From: Spirochaetota bacterium | GTDB taxonomy: Bacteria > Spirochaetota > Brachyspiria > Brachyspirales > JACRPF01 | NCBI GenBank assembly: GCA_016214035.1 | Contig: JACRPF010000017.1 | Span: 23,427 to 87,426, forward strand | Length of the DNA stretch: 64,000 bases | Reading direction: 5' to 3' | Shown here: piece after piece, positions 10,157 through 20,640 of the stretch | Layout: each line of letters opens with the position of its first letter | Position numbering within the stretch: position 1 is the first letter of the stretch | The notes under the pieces: model-generated | The model's input: the letters and a program-made list of their open reading frames with translations, nothing else | Told to the model about the DNA's origin: nothing | Database searches by the model: none | Made by a program: the position numbers and the translations under genes

Positions 10157-10846
10157 ATGAGAAAAAGCCTGTTTCTGCTGTCACTTATCGCCACCGCAAC
10201 CATCTATGCGCAATTCGACCTCGCCTTCCTTCCCGCGTTTGAACACCGGACGTACCAGCGCATCACCACTGACGGTACCACGGTCGCACATACATATCTC
10301 ACACGCACCGGCGATACCGTAAAGATAGCATATACCAACGGCAATGACAGCAGCGCCTATGGATTTACAGTAACGGGCAAACCGCTGGACTACCGGCATT
10401 ACCTCAACGGCAAACTCACGGAAACCGTTATCTACGACTGGAATATGAAAAAAATACATTTCGACGGCATTGTTGACGGAGCGCAGATCAAGGAAACACA
10501 TGATCTCAAAGACAATACCATATGCGCGTTCATGGTCTCCGAGGTATTCCGCGGATATCCCTGGGGCAAGGATAATTCAAAAGATTTCAATATTTTCAGC
10601 GTTGAAAAAGGCAGAAAATATTTTGACGCTGTGCTCAAAGTAAGCAGAAAAGATGTCGCCGTTCCGGGCACATCGTACAAGGCAAACATCGTAAAACTAT
10701 CAGCGGGCTTCGGATTCATCAAACTTGAACAGAAATACGACTTCTATTACAGCACCACCGGCACGCACGCACTTGTCTACTACGACGGCGTTGACGGCCT
10801 TGACCGCAAACTCACCTCCACGCTGAAGACCAACGAAACACGCTGA
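10157..10846 (+). CDS. Exported hypothetical beta-rich protein
   Basis: AAGGAG RBS, signal peptide MRKSLFLLSLIATATIYA, 229 aa. Confidence 0.7.
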   Translation: MRKSLFLLSLIATATIYAQFDLAFLPAFEHRTYQRITTDGTTVAHTYLTRTGDTVKIAYTNGNDSSAYGFTVTGKPLDYRHYLNGKLTETVIYDWNMKKIHFDGIVDGAQIKETHDLKDNTICAFMVSEVFRGYPWGKDNSKDFNIFSVEKGRKYFDAVLKVSRKDVAVPGTSYKANIVKLSAGFGFIKLEQKYDFYYSTTGTHALVYYDGVDGLDRKLTSTLKTNETR

Positions 10847-11404
10847 ATGGCGTCTGTCGTTGTCCACGCCTGCTGCGCTCCGTGCGCAATCTATCCGCAC
10901 AGGGTAATGAGCGGCATCTACAGGACCACCTTCTTCTTTTTCAACCCGAACATCGAACCGGACGATGAATATAACCGGCGCTTAAGCGAGTTGAAACGTT
11001 ATGCCACCGAAGACGGGATGACGCTTGTCGTCGACCGCGGCGGACGCGAGCAGTGGCTTGAGGCGGTCCGCGGGCTGGAAGACGAACCGGAAGGCGGAAA
11101 ACGCTGCGAACAGTGTTTCCGGTTCAGGCTTGCGAGGACCGTACAGTTCGCAAAAGCGAACAACGCCGATCTCTGCACTACGGTTATGAGCATCAGCCCC
11201 CACAAGAACAGCGATGTGATCAACAGGATCGGATTGGATCTTGTCAACGGCAGCGGCGTCACATGGCTTGAGGCCGATTTCAAAAAGGGCGGCGGTTTTC
11301 AGAAATCGCTGACGCTTTCGAAACAGGAGAACCTGTACCGCCAGAACTACTGCGGCTGTCTGGCTTCACTGCGGCGGCGAAGCGGCCGTCTTGACAAACA
11401 ATGA
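10847..11404 (+). CDS. queH: Epoxyqueuosine reductase QueH
   Basis: HACCAPC, FFNPNI, RCxxCFRFRL, YRQNYCGC. Confidence 0.93.
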   Translation: MASVVVHACCAPCAIYPHRVMSGIYRTTFFFFNPNIEPDDEYNRRLSELKRYATEDGMTLVVDRGGREQWLEAVRGLEDEPEGGKRCEQCFRFRLARTVQFAKANNADLCTTVMSISPHKNSDVINRIGLDLVNGSGVTWLEADFKKGGGFQKSLTLSKQENLYRQNYCGCLASLRRRSGRLDKQ

Positions 11405-11435
11405 AAATATAATACATTACCTTTTCCCCCGATTA

Positions 11436-11451
11436 ACATAATACATAGTAG
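11436..11451 (+). promoter_or_regulatory. Putative NrdR box
   Basis: ACATAATACATAGTAG matches 12/16 of acaCwAtATaTwGtgt, directly upstream of nrdJ; the core ATAATACAT recurs at 11409. Confidence 0.55.
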
Positions 11452-11462
11452 CAGGTCTGATA

Positions 11463-13748
11463 ATGAAAAAGAACATCGAGCTTTCGGCAAATGCGCGGCA
11501 TGTACTCAACAAACGATATCTCAAACGCGATGATGACGGTACCGCAACGGAAACACCGGAAGACATGTTCCGCCGTGTGGCGAAAAACATCGCCGAAGCC
11601 GATGCGCTCTACGGCTCGAAAGCCGATGTTGAGGCTGCAGCGGAGGCGTTCTATGACATCATGATAACGCGCGTGTTCATGCCGAACTCGCCTACGCTCA
11701 TGAACGCCGGACGCGAGCTTCAGCAGCTTGCAGCCTGCTTCGTACTTCCCGTCGAAGACTCGATGGAAAAAATATTTGAAAGCATCAAGAATTCCGCCCT
11801 CATCCATAAATCCGGCGGCGGCACCGGCTATTCATTCTCGCGTCTGCGCCCGAAAAACGACAGCGTAAAATCGACATCCGGGGTATCGAGCGGCCCTATG
11901 TCGTTCATGAAGGTTTTCAATGCCGCCACCGAGGTCATCAAACAGGGCGGCACACGCCGCGGCGCAAACATGGGAATTCTCCGCATCGACCATCCGGACA
12001 TCCTGGAATTCATCACGTCAAAATCCGACACGAAAGACCTTACCAACTTCAATATATCTGTTGCCGTCACGGATGCGTTCATGAAAGCCGTCGCGAACAA
12101 CACGATGTATGACCTCATCAACCCGCGGACAAAAAAAATCGCCCGTCAGGAGAACGCTGTCGATGTGTTCAACCTCATGACGCAGCTTGCATGGCAGAAC
12201 GGCGAGCCGGGCATCGTGTTCATCGACCGCATCAACGCGTATAATCCCACGCCGGCCGTCGGCGAAATTGAAAGCACCAACCCCTGCGGTGAACAGCCGC
12301 TGCTCCCGTATGAAGCGTGCAATCTCGGCTCGCTCAATGTGTCACTGTTCGTCAACGACAAAAAGATAGATTATGCCGGCATGAAAAAGGCGATACATAC
12401 CGCGGTTCATTTCCTCGACAACGTCATCGATATGAGCAAGTATCCGCTCCCCGAGATCGATGCGCTGGTGAAAGCAAACAGAAAGATCGGCCTCGGCCTC
12501 ATGGGTTTTGCCGACATGCTCTATTTGATGGAAGTCGCCTACGACAGTCCCGAGGCCGAGAAAATAGCCCGGGAAGTCATGGAATTCATACAGACGGAAA
12601 GTAAGATTAAGAGCGATGAACTCGCAGCTGTCCGCGGTACGTTTCCGAATTACGATAAAAGCATCTATAAAGGCAAACGGAAGATTCGCAATGCCACGAC
12701 AACGACCATCGCGCCCACCGGCACCATCAGCATCATAGCCGCGGCTTCCAGCGGTATCGAACCGGTGTTCGGCCTTGCATTCATCAGAAATGTTCTAGAC
12801 GGCACTGAAATGCTCGAAATAAACCCTGTTTTTGAGGCCATTGCAAAACGTGAAGGTTTCTATTCCGAAGATCTGATGAAAAAGGTGGCAAAAGCCGGAA
12901 CAGTGAAACATCTTGCCGAAGTTCCTGAAAAATGGCGCACGGTGTTCCGCACCTCGCACGATATCAGCCCCGAATGGCATATACGCCTGCAGGCGGCTTT
13001 CCAGGCATATACCGACAACGCCGTGTCAAAGACCATCAACTTCCCAAAAACAGCCACCGTAGACGACGTTAAAGAGACCTATATGATGGCCTATTCGCTC
13101 AACTGCAAAGGCGTCACCGTTTATCGCGACGGATCACGCGAGAATCAGGTATTGAACATCGGCGAAGTGAACAAGACCGGCACGAAAGCTGAGGATGTTC
13201 AGGTTGACCATGAGGTGGTAGTCCACGGTCACATCAAACCCCGCGAACGTCCGAAACGCACATTCGGTTCGACCCAGAAAATACCCACCGCCTGCGGAAA
13301 TCTGTATGTAACTATCAATGAGGACGACCATGGCCTCTGCGAACTATTCGCCACCATTGGAAAATCCGGCGGCTGCGCATCTTCGCAGGCCGAAGGCATC
13401 AGCCGCATGATATCGCTCACGCTCAGAAGCGGTATTGAAGTGGGTTCCGTCGTCAAGCAGCTTCGCGGTATACGCTGCACCTCTCCCATCTGGGAAGACG
13501 GTGAGATGATACTCTCCTGCCCGGACGCCATCGGGCGGGCGCTAGACATGTACATGCAGCATCGCGATGAGAATGCACCGGCGATTAGCGGCGTGAAAGT
13601 CTCAATTGAAGAGCGTGAAAACGAGCATGCGAAACCGTCATCGGCGGCAACAGTACAGACCGGCGGCTGCCCGGAATGCGGCGGAGTACTTGAACGTTCA
13701 GAAGGATGCATGAAATGCCGCACGTGCGGCTATTCCAAGTGTGATTAA
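11463..13748 (+). CDS. nrdJ: Class II (adenosylcobalamin-dependent) ribonucleotide reductase with C-terminal TSCPD-type domain and Zn ribbon
   Basis: PNSPTLMNAG, TNPCGEQPL, CNLGS, TIAPTGTIS, SCPDAIG, CPECG...CRTCGYSKC. Confidence 0.96.
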   Translation: MKKNIELSANARHVLNKRYLKRDDDGTATETPEDMFRRVAKNIAEADALYGSKADVEAAAEAFYDIMITRVFMPNSPTLMNAGRELQQLAACFVLPVEDSMEKIFESIKNSALIHKSGGGTGYSFSRLRPKNDSVKSTSGVSSGPMSFMKVFNAATEVIKQGGTRRGANMGILRIDHPDILEFITSKSDTKDLTNFNISVAVTDAFMKAVANNTMYDLINPRTKKIARQENAVDVFNLMTQLAWQNGEPGIVFIDRINAYNPTPAVGEIESTNPCGEQPLLPYEACNLGSLNVSLFVNDKKIDYAGMKKAIHTAVHFLDNVIDMSKYPLPEIDALVKANRKIGLGLMGFADMLYLMEVAYDSPEAEKIAREVMEFIQTESKIKSDELAAVRGTFPNYDKSIYKGKRKIRNATTTTIAPTGTISIIAAASSGIEPVFGLAFIRNVLDGTEMLEINPVFEAIAKREGFYSEDLMKKVAKAGTVKHLAEVPEKWRTVFRTSHDISPEWHIRLQAAFQAYTDNAVSKTINFPKTATVDDVKETYMMAYSLNCKGVTVYRDGSRENQVLNIGEVNKTGTKAEDVQVDHEVVVHGHIKPRERPKRTFGSTQKIPTACGNLYVTINEDDHGLCELFATIGKSGGCASSQAEGISRMISLTLRSGIEVGSVVKQLRGIRCTSPIWEDGEMILSCPDAIGRALDMYMQHRDENAPAISGVKVSIEERENEHAKPSSAATVQTGGCPECGGVLERSEGCMKCRTCGYSKCD

Positions 13749-13770
13749 AAAGACCTCAAATTATTCACAT

Positions 13771-13810
13771 AAAAAAAGAGCCGGCGGATAACCGCCGGCT
13801 CTTTCGTTTT
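13771..13810. terminator. Bidirectional intrinsic terminator between nrdJ and gdhA
   Basis: aaaaaaagagccggcgg-ataa-ccgccggctctttcgtttt. Confidence 0.85.
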
Positions 13811-13828
13811 CCAACGTTGAAAAGTGAC

Positions 13829-15187
13829 TCAGACAATACCGTACGCGTGCATCGCCTTTGCAACTTTGACGAATCCGGCGATATTTGCGCCCATAAGATA
13901 GTCGCCTTTCTTGCCGTACGCTTCCGCGGCACCGATACACTGCTTGTGAATGTCCTTCATGATCCGGCTGAGGTTCTGATCGACCTCTTCGCGGCTCCAG
14001 TAGAAACGTTGGCTCTGCTGAGCCATTTCAAGACCCGATGTGGCGACACCGCCCGCGTTCGCGGCCTTGGCCGGTCCGTAGAGGACGTTGCCGGACTGAT
14101 AGATCTTGATAGCGTCAAGATCGGACGGCATATTCGCGCCTTCAGAGACGCAGAAACAGCCGTTCTTGACCATCGCCTGCGCATTCGCGGCGTTGATCTC
14201 GTTCTGGGTTGCCGAGGGGAACGCGCAATCAAGTTTGATGCCCTGTTCGCGCACGACATCCCATACACCCTTGCCGTCGAAATATTTAGCCGATTTGTAT
14301 TCGGCTGCATATTCCTTGATGCGGCCGCGGCGTTTTTCCTTCAGGTCGATGATGAAAGCGAGCTTTTTCGCGTCTATGCCTTCCTCGTCGATGATGGTGC
14401 CGTTCGAATCTGAAACGCTGATGCATTTGCCGCCGAGGTGGTTTACTTTTTCTATCGTGTACTGGGCCACATTGCCCGAACCCGACACGATGCAGCGAAG
14501 ACCCTTCATCTCTTTAGTGCGCGTCGCAAGCATCTCTGCCGCGAAATACACGGCGCCGTATCCGGTTGCTTCCGGACGTATGAGACTTCCGCCGTACTCA
14601 AGGGCGCGGCCGGTCAGAACGCCGGTGTGCTCGTTACGCAGTTTCTTGTAATAGCCGTACATGTAGCCTATCTCGCGTCCGCCCACGCCGATATCTCCGG
14701 CGGGTACGTCGGTGTCCTGGCCGATATGGCGGAACAGCTCGCGCATGAAGGCCTGGCAGAAACGCATCACTTCATAGTCGGACTTCCCTTTCGGATCGAA
14801 ATCGCAGCCGCCCTTGGCGCCGCCCATCGGGAGCGTCGTAAGCGAGTTCTTGAAGATCTGTTCGAAACCGAGGAATTTGATGATGCCGAGATTTACCGAC
14901 GGATGGAAACGGAGTCCCCCTTTATAGGGTCCGATCGCATTGTTGAACTGCACGCGCATGCCGCGGTTGACCTGCACTTCGCCCTTGTCGTCCGTCCAGG
15001 GCACGCGGAACGTTATGGCACGATCCGGCTCGACGATACGCTCATAGATCTTCGACTTGACGAATTCAGGATGCTTCTGGACGGTGGGTTCCAGCGTCTC
15101 AAGCACTTCCTTGACCGCCTGGTGAAATTCCGCTTCACCGGGGTTCTTCGCCTTCACTTTTTCAATCACTTCTGAAATGACCGACAT
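13829..15187 (-). CDS. gdhA: NADP-specific glutamate dehydrogenase
   Basis: GPYKGGLRFHPSV, GGAKGG, DVPAGDIGVG, RPEATGYG, GSGNVA; start MSVISEV with AAGGAG RBS. Confidence 0.96.
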   Translation of the reverse strand: MSVISEVIEKVKAKNPGEAEFHQAVKEVLETLEPTVQKHPEFVKSKIYERIVEPDRAITFRVPWTDDKGEVQVNRGMRVQFNNAIGPYKGGLRFHPSVNLGIIKFLGFEQIFKNSLTTLPMGGAKGGCDFDPKGKSDYEVMRFCQAFMRELFRHIGQDTDVPAGDIGVGGREIGYMYGYYKKLRNEHTGVLTGRALEYGGSLIRPEATGYGAVYFAAEMLATRTKEMKGLRCIVSGSGNVAQYTIEKVNHLGGKCISVSDSNGTIIDEEGIDAKKLAFIIDLKEKRRGRIKEYAAEYKSAKYFDGKGVWDVVREQGIKLDCAFPSATQNEINAANAQAMVKNGCFCVSEGANMPSDLDAIKIYQSGNVLYGPAKAANAGGVATSGLEMAQQSQRFYWSREEVDQNLSRIMKDIHKQCIGAAEAYGKKGDYLMGANIAGFVKVAKAMHAYGIV

Positions 15188-15206
15188 AGTGGGTCTCCTT
15201 ATTGTT

Positions 15207-15282
15207 AATATAGGCAATGCCTTGCCTATATTGATACTACCACACCTGCCAATATTGTCAAGATACGGCAATACATTGCCTA
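15207..15282. promoter_or_regulatory. Two GGCAA-N4-TTGCC palindromic operator candidates upstream of gdhA
   Basis: aatataGGCAAtgccTTGCCtatatt (15207-15232) and GGCAAtacaTTGCC (15267-15280). Confidence 0.6.
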
Positions 15283-15340
15283 TGTATTTCGGCAGGTGCA
15301 GTCAATTGATTTTCCGATGGAATTAGATATTATATGATAT

Positions 15341-16162
15341 ATGAACGATGAAAAACAAAAGAACAAGCTTCCGGCCGGCACAAAACTCGGCGACCAGTGG
15401 AGCGGATGGGACGGAAACCTCAAACGCGAACATGTGGATGCGCGCACTACCCCGCTCCTGTTCGGACTCCTGTTCCTCTTCGCGGTACTGCTCAGCAGCA
15501 TCGGCATCGCCTTCATCCTGTACATGATATCTCCGCGCGTCTCCGGCTGGGGAAGCGCCGTCAACGCCGCGGTCACCAACAGTTTTCTCGCCGTTATCAC
15601 CATCGTCATCATCGCACATGCAATCGTTCAGATCGCGGCGATATTCAAAATATCGCTGTTCTCATATTTCATATACCGCTTTTTCCCGCGGCTTATCACG
15701 CTGAACATCCCCATGCTTGCCGCCCGGCTCTTGGGCATACCCAAAGACCGCATGAGCAATTCATATGTGCGGTTTCATAACAATATCGTGCGCGGCATGC
15801 GGAAAAAAATACCTCCGGAACGTCTGCTGGTGCTTCTGCCGCGCTGTCTTACCAAGGAGACACGTGAACGGATTTTATCACTCTGCGCATCACGGGGCTG
15901 TCCGGTAATCGTCGCGGCCGGCGGTGAGATGGCGCGGGATAAAGTGCGCGATGTAAACCCGGCGGCGGTCATCGCGGTCGCCTGTGAGCGCGATCTGCAC
16001 AGCGGCATTCTCGAGGTTATGCGCAAAGTAACTGTTGTCGGTGTCGCCAATACACGCCCCAAGGGTCCCTGTGCGCTCACCGAAGTCGATATCGCCGAAA
16101 TCGAAGCATGGATGCGCCATTTTCTCGGCGATGCTGCAGCTGTCGTTCAGCCGAAAGCCTAG
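15341..16162 (+). CDS. DUF116-family membrane protein
   Basis: Two TMs, LLPRCL, GGEMAR, AVACERDLHSG, GPC. Confidence 0.85.
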   Translation: MNDEKQKNKLPAGTKLGDQWSGWDGNLKREHVDARTTPLLFGLLFLFAVLLSSIGIAFILYMISPRVSGWGSAVNAAVTNSFLAVITIVIIAHAIVQIAAIFKISLFSYFIYRFFPRLITLNIPMLAARLLGIPKDRMSNSYVRFHNNIVRGMRKKIPPERLLVLLPRCLTKETRERILSLCASRGCPVIVAAGGEMARDKVRDVNPAAVIAVACERDLHSGILEVMRKVTVVGVANTRPKGPCALTEVDIAEIEAWMRHFLGDAAAVVQPKA

Positions 16163-17448
16163 TAAAACTCTTTCAGCAACTCGGCAATCGTCACCGATCG
16201 TTTTTCCTTCACCGACTTCCATACGGCTTCGCCGGTACAAACAGCCATAGCTCCCACATTCGCATTTGACATAATTTCATAGCCGCGTTTCGGATCCGGG
16301 CCGAGGAAGAGATCCTCCTGCAGAATCGGATCGGCACCGCCGTGCCCGCCTTCACGCTCAAGCACGTCTATCATATCGCGCGCGCCGCCGAACAGCGGCA
16401 TATAGGAAAGCGTATATTCTTTTGCAGGGAACGGCGTACGTGACACCGCGTGATTGACATTCAGTTCTATGCGCCCTTTCGTGCCGTTGATGACCGCAAG
16501 AAATCCCTCGTACGGCGCCGAGAAATTGACGCTGTAACTGAAAAGCGCCCCTTTATCGTACTTTATGGCCGCCGTGTAGGTGTCTTCGATGTTTATCGCA
16601 CTGTCGAATATGCACATATCGGGACGATAATTCGTATATGCCGCTTTCACCGTTCCGAGATGATCATCCTTCGGCCCCTGTGTTGCCGACCGGGCTGCCC
16701 AGCGCATGTAATATGCGCAATCATTACGTACCGCACAGGTGCCGCAATGGCGCCCGTCACCCTTCAGCGGATTCGTCTCGCCGTTAGCACCGAAGTAGTT
16801 GAGCGCCCCGAATGCAAATACCTCCACCGGTTTCTGATCAAGCCACCATGACACCAGATCGAAATGATGCGTGGATTTGTGTATTGACAATCCGCCGGAA
16901 TTTTCGCGCATGCGGTTCCATCGCTTGAAATAGCTCGCGCCGTGATAGGTGTCGATATACCAGTTCAAATCGACCGACGTTATTCGGCCCACTTTGCCTT
17001 CAAGAATAAGCTCCTTAACCTTGCGGCAATGCGCTGCATAGCGGTAATTGAACGTAACCGTCACCCTGCCTTTGCTTTGCTTTTCCGCTTCAAGTACACG
17101 ACGGCAGTCCTCGGATGTGGTGACCATCGGCTTTTCACAGATAACGTTCAGGTTCTTTGCAAGCGCCTTCAGTATATAGATGACATGCGTACGGTCCATA
17201 CTGGTCACGATGACGGTGTCCGGATTCGTCTTTGCCACCATGTCGTCGAACGAATCCTCACCGATGAATGTGGGTATCTGTTTCATATCGGGGAACTGTT
17301 CACAGCACACCTCGAACCTGCGTGCGTCGATATCGAGCATCGCCACGATTTCGCCCTGTTCGCGGAATTTCTTCTGCAGCGCTCCGATGAACATATGTAT
17401 CCCTCTGCCGCTCACACCGCATACCGCATAGCGTTTTTTCGCCGTCAT
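16159..17448 (-). CDS. Gfo/Idh/MocA-family oxidoreductase
   Basis: CEKPM, FNYRY, HGASYFKRW, HKSTHHFDL, GHGGAD. Confidence 0.92.
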   Translation of the reverse strand: MTAKKRYAVCGVSGRGIHMFIGALQKKFREQGEIVAMLDIDARRFEVCCEQFPDMKQIPTFIGEDSFDDMVAKTNPDTVIVTSMDRTHVIYILKALAKNLNVICEKPMVTTSEDCRRVLEAEKQSKGRVTVTFNYRYAAHCRKVKELILEGKVGRITSVDLNWYIDTYHGASYFKRWNRMRENSGGLSIHKSTHHFDLVSWWLDQKPVEVFAFGALNYFGANGETNPLKGDGRHCGTCAVRNDCAYYMRWAARSATQGPKDDHLGTVKAAYTNYRPDMCIFDSAINIEDTYTAAIKYDKGALFSYSVNFSAPYEGFLAVINGTKGRIELNVNHAVSRTPFPAKEYTLSYMPLFGGARDMIDVLEREGGHGGADPILQEDLFLGPDPKRGYEIMSNANVGAMAVCTGEAVWKSVKEKRSVTIAELLKEFY

Positions 17449-17463
17449 GATCTGCTCCTGTTT

Positions 17464-18435
17464 TTATAGTACTGGTATTGATACGCCTGTCGAGGCGCGT
17501 TCAACGAATGTCGTCGGGACAGTCATCCCCGAAACCTCTTTGCCGTCAATGCGTGCGGCTATCATCTCAGCCGCGCGTAATGCCACCGTGTCGACGGATT
17601 GGCTTACAGTGGATAATGATACATACATATGCCGTGCATAATCGTCGTCGTCAAACCCCACGACACCGATGGTCCCGGGGATTTTTATATTCAGCTCATA
17701 GAGCCGCTTCATGAGCCCCACGGCAGTTTTGTCGCTGTAGCAGAATACCAGAGCGCTGCCGAGCGCCGCGGCTGCTACCGCATCACCGGCTGCATAGCCG
17801 CCGCTCGCGCCTTCGGCCGGAGCCGTTATTATAGTCCCGTCCTTTTTCAACGCCTTCATGCTGCCGGTAAACGCCATACGCCGCTCTTCATCCGGCTGAA
17901 CGGACGGGGTCAGAAAAACATACCGGTCATACCGCGAGGCCAGTTTTGTAAATGCTTCACGAATACCCGCGGACCGGTCTATCATCACCGACGGCACTTT
18001 TGCATTGCCGCAGTCAACAGAAATATACGGGATACTAATCCTGTCTGCACACACCTGGCTCAAATCATATTGCACGGCGATGATACCGTCGCAAACCTGA
18101 TTAAAGTCACTTATGAACTGCTGTACGCGCTCATCCTGCCAATAGGTGATGCCGAGTACCGGGCGATACCCGCGGGCATTGAGCGCAACGCACAGCGACG
18201 CTATTTTTTTCGATGTCACCTCGGTTGACAAATTACCGGCAAGAATACCAATCATATTCGTTTTTTTCGTTCGCAGAGCCTGTGCCAGCAGATTGGGCGT
18301 ATATCCGAGTTCGGCAATCGCCCGTTTTACCTCATCGCGTTTTGTCTGCGCAACATGCGGATGATTGTTCAAAACGCGCGCAACTGTGCGTATCGATACA
18401 TTCGCTTTTTTTGCAATGTCTTTTAAATTTGCCAT
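17464..18435 (-). CDS. LacI-family transcriptional regulator
   Basis: LKDIAKKANVSIRTVARVLN HTH, YTPNLLAQAL hinge, VVGFDD. Confidence 0.93.
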   Translation of the reverse strand: MANLKDIAKKANVSIRTVARVLNNHPHVAQTKRDEVKRAIAELGYTPNLLAQALRTKKTNMIGILAGNLSTEVTSKKIASLCVALNARGYRPVLGITYWQDERVQQFISDFNQVCDGIIAVQYDLSQVCADRISIPYISVDCGNAKVPSVMIDRSAGIREAFTKLASRYDRYVFLTPSVQPDEERRMAFTGSMKALKKDGTIITAPAEGASGGYAAGDAVAAAALGSALVFCYSDKTAVGLMKRLYELNIKIPGTIGVVGFDDDDYARHMYVSLSTVSQSVDTVALRAAEMIAARIDGKEVSGMTVPTTFVERASTGVSIPVL

Positions 18436-18446
18436 AAATTAACCAT

Positions 18447-18460
18447 TGCCATCGTTGGCA
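18447..18460. promoter_or_regulatory. Putative LacI-type autoregulatory operator
   Basis: TGCCATCGTTGGCA near-palindrome with central CG, lying between the promoter (TTGACT/TAAATT on minus strand) and the lacI-family start. Confidence 0.65.
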
Positions 18461-18506
18461 TGCATTGATAACAATTTAATACATAATCAGTAAAAGTCAA
18501 GTAATA

Positions 18507-19694
18507 TTACGCCGTCTCGCCGCCAAGTACTTCTTTTACGAAAATATTGCGCGTTTCCTTGAGATCGACAATTACGAGATCCTGCATCGCTATGCCCTGT
18601 GCGTCTTTCAAGACCTGAACGATTGGATATATCAGCACCGTCGGATTCTGGTCTATAACACGTGTAATACGACCATCAGAGAGCCTGACAATACTACCAT
18701 TGGGATATATGCCCATAACCTGCTGAAACGCCTTTGCAATGTTCATATCGAAATGGCTTCCCGCCTCACCCATGATAACCTGCATGGCCTTGTATGGCTG
18801 AAACGGCGGCCTGTAGAGCGATTGCGTCACCAACGCGCTGTATACGTCGCATACCGCCAATATTTTGCCATAGTACGTAATACCTCGGTCCTGCAGCTGA
18901 GCCGGATAACCCTTTCCGTTCACCCATTCATGGTGATGAAGCACCGCCTGCGAAATACGCGATTCGATCTGCTGCTTTATAAGCTTGTCATATCCTTCAA
19001 CCACATGACGTTGAACCTGCTGCCGTTCGGCATCGGTCAAGCGCCCGGCTTTATTGGTAATAGAGGATGCTACCGTCAGTATACCGATATCATGCAAAAG
19101 GCCCGCCAGACCAATTTCAACAATCTCAATTTCCTTCATATTCAGCGCTTTCGCGAGTATTACCGACAGCGCCGACACATCAACACTGTGCTGATAGGTG
19201 TACATATCCCGTGAGCGAAGTCCTCGCAGACTGGAAAATGCCTGGGTGTTTGCAAGGATGGCCTGTACGAGCGCGTTCGCATTATCCTTAACCTGCTTTA
19301 CATCGATCGATCCGCTTTTCCTGACAGCATCGAATATTTTTGCCGTCTGCTGCACCGATGCCGCATGAAATTCCTGCGCGCGGACACTGTCGATCTTTAT
19401 GATCGTTTTCCCGCCTTCCTGCATCGTATTTCTGTCAATTATCTCCTTCTTAGCCAGGGGCACCGGTGCTGTCGGTATCGGTTTCGGAAGCGGCGCGGCA
19501 GCCGGCTTATCAGTCTCCTCACCCGCTTTCCGTATGAAAACAAACCATACTTCGTGCTTCTTCAGTGTATCGATCAATTTATCTGTCAGTATCGTATTCG
19601 CCTCAATCAATGTGGCATTATTCCGGTCGCTGGTCACCGCAGCTCCCACCACCATCCCCGGGCGAAGATCATTTGCATCACAACGTTCAAGCAT
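18507..19694 (-). CDS. HD-GYP cyclic-di-nucleotide phosphodiesterase
   Basis: YTYQHSVDV, LLHDIG, HHEWVNGKGYP, AVCDVYSAL. Confidence 0.9.
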   Translation of the reverse strand: MLERCDANDLRPGMVVGAAVTSDRNNATLIEANTILTDKLIDTLKKHEVWFVFIRKAGEETDKPAAAPLPKPIPTAPVPLAKKEIIDRNTMQEGGKTIIKIDSVRAQEFHAASVQQTAKIFDAVRKSGSIDVKQVKDNANALVQAILANTQAFSSLRGLRSRDMYTYQHSVDVSALSVILAKALNMKEIEIVEIGLAGLLHDIGILTVASSITNKAGRLTDAERQQVQRHVVEGYDKLIKQQIESRISQAVLHHHEWVNGKGYPAQLQDRGITYYGKILAVCDVYSALVTQSLYRPPFQPYKAMQVIMGEAGSHFDMNIAKAFQQVMGIYPNGSIVRLSDGRITRVIDQNPTVLIYPIVQVLKDAQGIAMQDLVIVDLKETRNIFVKEVLGGETA

Positions 19695-19716
19695 GTGCGT
19701 GCTCCTTACTCATCGG

Positions 19717-20640
19717 TCAACTCCTGCATTCTTCTTCACGCGGCCGTGTGCTCCAGCGTCCGTGAGCCCAAAGCCACTGTTCCGGATGCTGGCGGATAAT
19801 ATCTTCATACATCTTCGTATATTTAGCGGTATTATACCTGATGGTTTCCTCGTCATTCTCTTTGTGCTCAAGCACCATCTCCCGCACGAAATATGCGGTA
19901 TGCGTCACATCATCGCTGTTGCGCACATCATAGGTTATAAGAACCTTTGCGCCGGTCTTCATGGCGAACTGAATCGGGCCTTTCGCGGTTGCCGCAAGCC
20001 GGCCGAAAAACGGCACGAACACACCGCCCGCCGCCCAGTTCTGATCTACCAGGAATGCCACCGGATGATTCTCCTTCAATGCTTCGAATATTTTTCGAAG
20101 CGCATTATCACGCGGGATAACATTGATACCTTTTTTCGCGCGCGCCGATGCTGTCACCGTCTGGAAAAACGGATTATCCATACGCCGCGACACCGCATGT
20201 ACCGGATTTCCTGAAATGCCGATGTAGGCGCCGGGAAATTCCGGATTTCCCATATGTATTGAAAGCGCTACTATTCCTTTCCCCTCCGCAAGCAATTTTT
20301 CTACAATTTCATGATTTACCGGACGGATAAGCCGCTTCAGGATATACCGGTTCGACAACTTGGGAAAAAGCACGACCTCGAGAAAATACATGCCCATATG
20401 TTCGAATGAACGAAGCGCGGTTTCACGCACACGCTCCGGACTCCAGTCAGGGAACGATGCGGTCAGACCGGCAATCGCGTCATTCCGTGCGCTTGCCGCA
20501 TATTTGAAACCGATACGCCCGAGCACTTTACCGAATTGAACGCCCCAGCGGTACGGGAAGAGCCACAGTATCCCCAGAATAACGAGTGCGGGAATGAATT
20601 CCAGCAATGCGATGAAGATACTTTTCCCGTTACGCGCCAC
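19717..20640 (-). CDS. HtrB/LpxL-family (lyso)lipid acyltransferase
   Basis: HMGNPE, LVDQN, VPFFG, PEQWLWAHGRW; GTG start with AAGGAG RBS. Confidence 0.88.
   Translation of the reverse strand: MARNGKSIFIALLEFIPALVILGILWLFPYRWGVQFGKVLGRIGFKYAASARNDAIAGLTASFPDWSPERVRETALRSFEHMGMYFLEVVLFPKLSNRYILKRLIRPVNHEIVEKLLAEGKGIVALSIHMGNPEFPGAYIGISGNPVHAVSRRMDNPFFQTVTASARAKKGINVIPRDNALRKIFEALKENHPVAFLVDQNWAAGGVFVPFFGRLAATAKGPIQFAMKTGAKVLITYDVRNSDDVTHTAYFVREMVLEHKENDEETIRYNTAKYTKMYEDIIRQHPEQWLWAHGRWSTRPREEECRS

Noticed and set aside
13817-15175. Long + strand ORFs (198, 181 and 245 aa) opposite gdhA
   Set aside because: Antisense shadows of a well-conserved, codon-biased gene; no independent motifs or RBS.
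15211-15226. sigma54 -24/-12 promoter upstream of gdhA
   Set aside because: GG to GC spacing is N9, not the required N10.
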